A DNA stretch of 30,662 bases, taken from contig CAYLJH010000001.1 in the NCBI GenBank assembly GCA_964383685.1, forward strand, positions 2,806 through 33,467, given 5' to 3'. The translations under genes and the position numbers were made by a program. The DNA comes from an uncultured Candidatus Bathyarchaeia archaeon (GTDB lineage Archaea > Thermoproteota > Bathyarchaeia > TCS64). Within the stretch, counting starts at the first letter, position 1, and each line of letters opens with the position of its first letter. This document shows, piece by piece, positions 27,887 through 30,662 of this stretch. The notes beneath the pieces are model-generated. The model had not been told where the DNA came from. It did no database searches and was given only the letters and a program-made list of their open reading frames with translations.

Positions 27887-29047
27887 ATGTCATATGAAGT
27901 AATGGTAGGAAACAAGGCAGCGGCGGTCGCATGCAGACTTGCACGCGTTCAGGTTGCCAGCGCATTCCCAATCACACCCCAGACGACGATCACGCAGTAT
28001 CTCAGCGAGATGCACGCAAACGCCGAATGGGACTTTGACTTTGTTAACGTAGAGGGCGAGCTCTCAAGCCAGGTAGTAGTCCAGGGCGCTTCACGTGTAG
28101 GTGCAAGAACCTTCACATGCACAAGCGGCCCCGGCCTCCTATACATGCACCACCCCATGCAGGTCACGGGCAGCGGAAGACTCCCAGTCGTTATGGCAGT
28201 CGTCCACAGGAGCTACAAGGGCATGCAGCCCGACCACAGTGACCTCATGTCACAGCAGTGGACCGGCTGGAGCCACCTATACGTAGAGGACGCACAGGAG
28301 ATCCTGGACAGCCTGCTAATGGCTTACAAGATCGCAGAAGACCCAAGGGTTAGGATTCCCGCGGCAGTCGGTTACGACGGATATGTCCTGAGCTACACCG
28401 CAGAGCCGGTAGAGATCCCAGACCAGGCACTGGTCGACGAGTGGCTTCCACCAAACAAGGCAATGCCAAGCATCCTCCCAGACGAGGTTGATGTTGAAAC
28501 ATTCAGCCGTGGATGGGGCGGAGGAGACCCACAGGATCGATGGAAGACTCACCACGATGCAATCCTAGGAATCGAGGACATTCTCAAGGACACCATGGAC
28601 AGCTTCGAGAAGACATTCGGTCGCCGCTACGGCAACGGGATGATCGAGGAGTACAAGATGGAGGACGCAGAGTGCGCCATCATTGCCATGGGCACCATCG
28701 CGGGCACATGCAAAGCTGCAGTCGATAAGATGCAGAAAGAGGGCAAGAAAGTCGGACTCATCAAGCTGAGGAGCTTCATCCCATTCCCAGAGAACGATCT
28801 CAAGAGATGGGCGAAGACACTAGGCGGAATCGCGGTTGTTGACAGGTCAATCTGTCCAGGCAAGGGCGGCCCCGTCTTCAGCAAGCTGAGGGACGTTTTC
28901 TACGATTTGGAAGATAAGCCTAAAATACTACAGTTCCACGCAGGTCTTGGCGGCAAAGAGGTAAGGGTTCACGACTTTGAGGCAATCGGAGACAAGATCC
29001 TTGACTACGCCAAGGGCGGAAAAGCAGATAAAGTAACATGGGTGTAA
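27887..29047 (+). CDS. 2-oxoacid:ferredoxin oxidoreductase alpha subunit
   Basis: FPITPQT, DHSD and KLRSFIPFP motifs; GLGG near C-terminus. Confidence 0.92.
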   Translation: MSYEVMVGNKAAAVACRLARVQVASAFPITPQTTITQYLSEMHANAEWDFDFVNVEGELSSQVVVQGASRVGARTFTCTSGPGLLYMHHPMQVTGSGRLPVVMAVVHRSYKGMQPDHSDLMSQQWTGWSHLYVEDAQEILDSLLMAYKIAEDPRVRIPAAVGYDGYVLSYTAEPVEIPDQALVDEWLPPNKAMPSILPDEVDVETFSRGWGGGDPQDRWKTHHDAILGIEDILKDTMDSFEKTFGRRYGNGMIEEYKMEDAECAIIAMGTIAGTCKAAVDKMQKEGKKVGLIKLRSFIPFPENDLKRWAKTLGGIAVVDRSICPGKGGPVFSKLRDVFYDLEDKPKILQFHAGLGGKEVRVHDFEAIGDKILDYAKGGKADKVTWV

Positions 29048-29061
29048 GAGGTAGAAAAAAA

Positions 29062-29955
29062 ATGGCTGAAAGAATAACACGTGCACAGATCCCCATGAGC
29101 GAGATGACCATCACACCGGGCAGCGCATGCCAGGGCTGTGGTGCAGCTCTCGCCGCGAGGCTCGCCTTCAAGGCTCTTGGTCCAAACGTTATCAGGCACG
29201 GCATACCCTGCTGTCCAGACAGCGTAACCAAGACACCAAGGATAGGAACGGTCTTCGAGGGCGGCGGCGCTCTCCTGACTGGGACGGTTCACGCGCTCAA
29301 GGCACTAGGCAGGTCAGACGTCAAGGCGGTCGCTTTCTACGGAGACGGCGGTACCTACGACATCGGCTTCCAGGGCCTATCAGGCGCAGCAGAGAGGAAT
29401 GAGAACGTCTTCGTCATCACGAAGGACAACGAGGCTTACATGAACACGGGTAACCAGAGGAGTAGCTCTACCCCCAAGTACTCAAGGACCAGCACAACGC
29501 CGGTCGGTGAGGCAAGCAGGGGCAAGACTACTCACAAGAAGAACATCCCGTTCATCTTCGCGGCTCACTACATACCGTACCTAGCCACGGCAAGCGTCGG
29601 TTATCCAGAGGACTTGATCGCCAAGGTAAACTATGCCAAGGATATCGAGGGCTTCAGGATGCTCATCATTCAGGCTCCTTGTCCAGTCGGTTGGAGATAT
29701 GACCCCGCAATTACAATGGATATTGCAAGGTCAGGAGTCCAGACGGGCGTATGGCCACTAATGGAGATCGAATACGGCGAGAAGTTCAAACTGAACTACA
29801 AACCAAAAGAGCTCAAGCCAGTTAGCGAGTACCTAAAGCCACAGGCAAGGTTCCGCCACATGACTGACGACGAGATCGGCGATATCCAGGGGTTCACGAC
29901 TGCTCGTTGGGAGAGCCTTCTCGACAACGATGCTAAAGGCAAGCTTATGATGTAA
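29062..29955 (+). CDS. 2-oxoacid:ferredoxin oxidoreductase beta subunit
   Basis: ACQGCG, GDGGTYDIG...DNEAYMNTG TPP motif, PCPVGW. Confidence 0.92.
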   Translation: MAERITRAQIPMSEMTITPGSACQGCGAALAARLAFKALGPNVIRHGIPCCPDSVTKTPRIGTVFEGGGALLTGTVHALKALGRSDVKAVAFYGDGGTYDIGFQGLSGAAERNENVFVITKDNEAYMNTGNQRSSSTPKYSRTSTTPVGEASRGKTTHKKNIPFIFAAHYIPYLATASVGYPEDLIAKVNYAKDIEGFRMLIIQAPCPVGWRYDPAITMDIARSGVQTGVWPLMEIEYGEKFKLNYKPKELKPVSEYLKPQARFRHMTDDEIGDIQGFTTARWESLLDNDAKGKLMM

Positions 29956-30035
29956 GCTTCCTCCAAACATTTCCTATTTTTATATTATTTTTAAATACCA
30001 AGACCCCTAATGCACCCTATCTTTGAGGTGTGGGC

Positions 30036-30662
30036 GTGGGTCTTAGAAGCGTGCTGAAGAAACCGGGGATACTGTTGGGCGGTTTCCTCGGCCTCGCCAC
30101 TTTGAGCATAATGAACGCCGCGTACACCAACGTTCTGGACTCAATAAAATCGGACCTGGCTTTGACGTACACATGGACCGGCGCGTTGATGTCCGCTTAC
30201 TTCGTCGGGTACACGCTGGGCCAGATCCCGTGGGGCATACTGAGCGACAGGAAGGGCAGCAGGCTCACCATGAGCCTCAGCGTCCTGGGGGTCAGCCTTT
30301 TCACCCTCCTCTTCGGGTTCAGCGACACCGTGATGAAAGCGGTTGCACTGCGTTTCCTCGCCGGGTTACTGGGGGCCGGCATCTTTGTCCCCGGCGTCAA
30401 GCTTGTCTCCAGCTGGTTCAACTCTGATGAAAGGGGCACCGCCCTGGGGCTTCTTAACATCGGTGGGAGTTCGGGGATGATCCTCGCCTCGTGGTTTGTA
30501 CCGCTCCTGAGCGCCGACATGGGCTGGAACAACGGGCTGAAGTTAACTGGTGGCCTGGGCCTCGCCTCTGCCGCCCTTTGTTACCTGCTCCTGAAGGACA
30601 AGGCCACCAAGGGACGCCCCTTGAACCTCAGGGAGCTACCCGTTGACCGCAGGGAGTTCTGG
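30036..30662 (+). CDS. MFS transporter (runs off window; absent from ORF track)
   Basis: GAGGTG SD then GTG at 30036; frame open to window end; GQIPWGILSDRKGSR motif A; hydrophobic helices. Confidence 0.82.
   Translation, partial: MGLRSVLKKPGILLGGFLGLATLSIMNAAYTNVLDSIKSDLALTYTWTGALMSAYFVGYTLGQIPWGILSDRKGSRLTMSLSVLGVSLFTLLFGFSDTVMKAVALRFLAGLLGAGIFVPGVKLVSSWFNSDERGTALGLLNIGGSSGMILASWFVPLLSADMGWNNGLKLTGGLGLASAALCYLLLKDKATKGRPLNLRELPVDRREFW

Noticed and set aside
5216-29231. Long antisense or alternate-frame ORFs (e.g. 5216-5998, 7998-8636, 10058-10636, 12881-13504, 16080-16877, 18115-19086)
   Set aside because: They overlap well-supported genes and have no recognisable motifs; typical of GC-rich codon bias.
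27060-29955. Oxalate oxidoreductase (suggested by the gamma-delta fusion and neighbouring family III CoA-transferase)
   Set aside because: Alpha has FPITP (Thr), not the Arg found at this position in Moorella OOR, and the CoA-binding GRGGQG loop is intact.
1-30662. CRISPR array, IS element or provirus
   Set aside because: No regularly spaced repeats, and no transposase, integrase or viral hallmark genes recognised.

Overview
Archaeal chromosomal segment. Evidence for Archaea: archaeal/eukaryote-type TrpRS, Taw1, AbrB-PhoU regulator, TATA-like promoters, T-tract terminators and a PGF-type sorting signal. Bathyarchaeia is a guess from gene content only. About 30 genes are present, mostly housekeeping, peptide catabolism and redox: M28, M32 and S9 peptidases, superoxide reductase, a PhoU regulator, a family III CoA-transferase, a 2-oxoacid:ferredoxin oxidoreductase operon and a MoxR-vWA pair. 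There are two tRNAs, Pro(CGG) and Gly(TCC). I found no CRISPR array, transposase or integrase. The most striking feature is a tandem, apparently translationally coupled pair of TrpRS paralogues. The second keeps all catalytic motifs and a 4-Cys metal motif but has lost the anticodon-recognition elements, suggesting a heterodimeric or non-canonical synthetase system. Other oddities: a class II HMG-CoA reductase lacking the catalytic-His flap, a Pelota-like protein without its N-terminal domain, an S9 peptidase broken by a frameshift and an in-frame amber, a degenerate tRNA-Gly 3' duplication, and a candidate small transcript upstream of trpS. All assignments come from motif reading by eye; no database searches were run.
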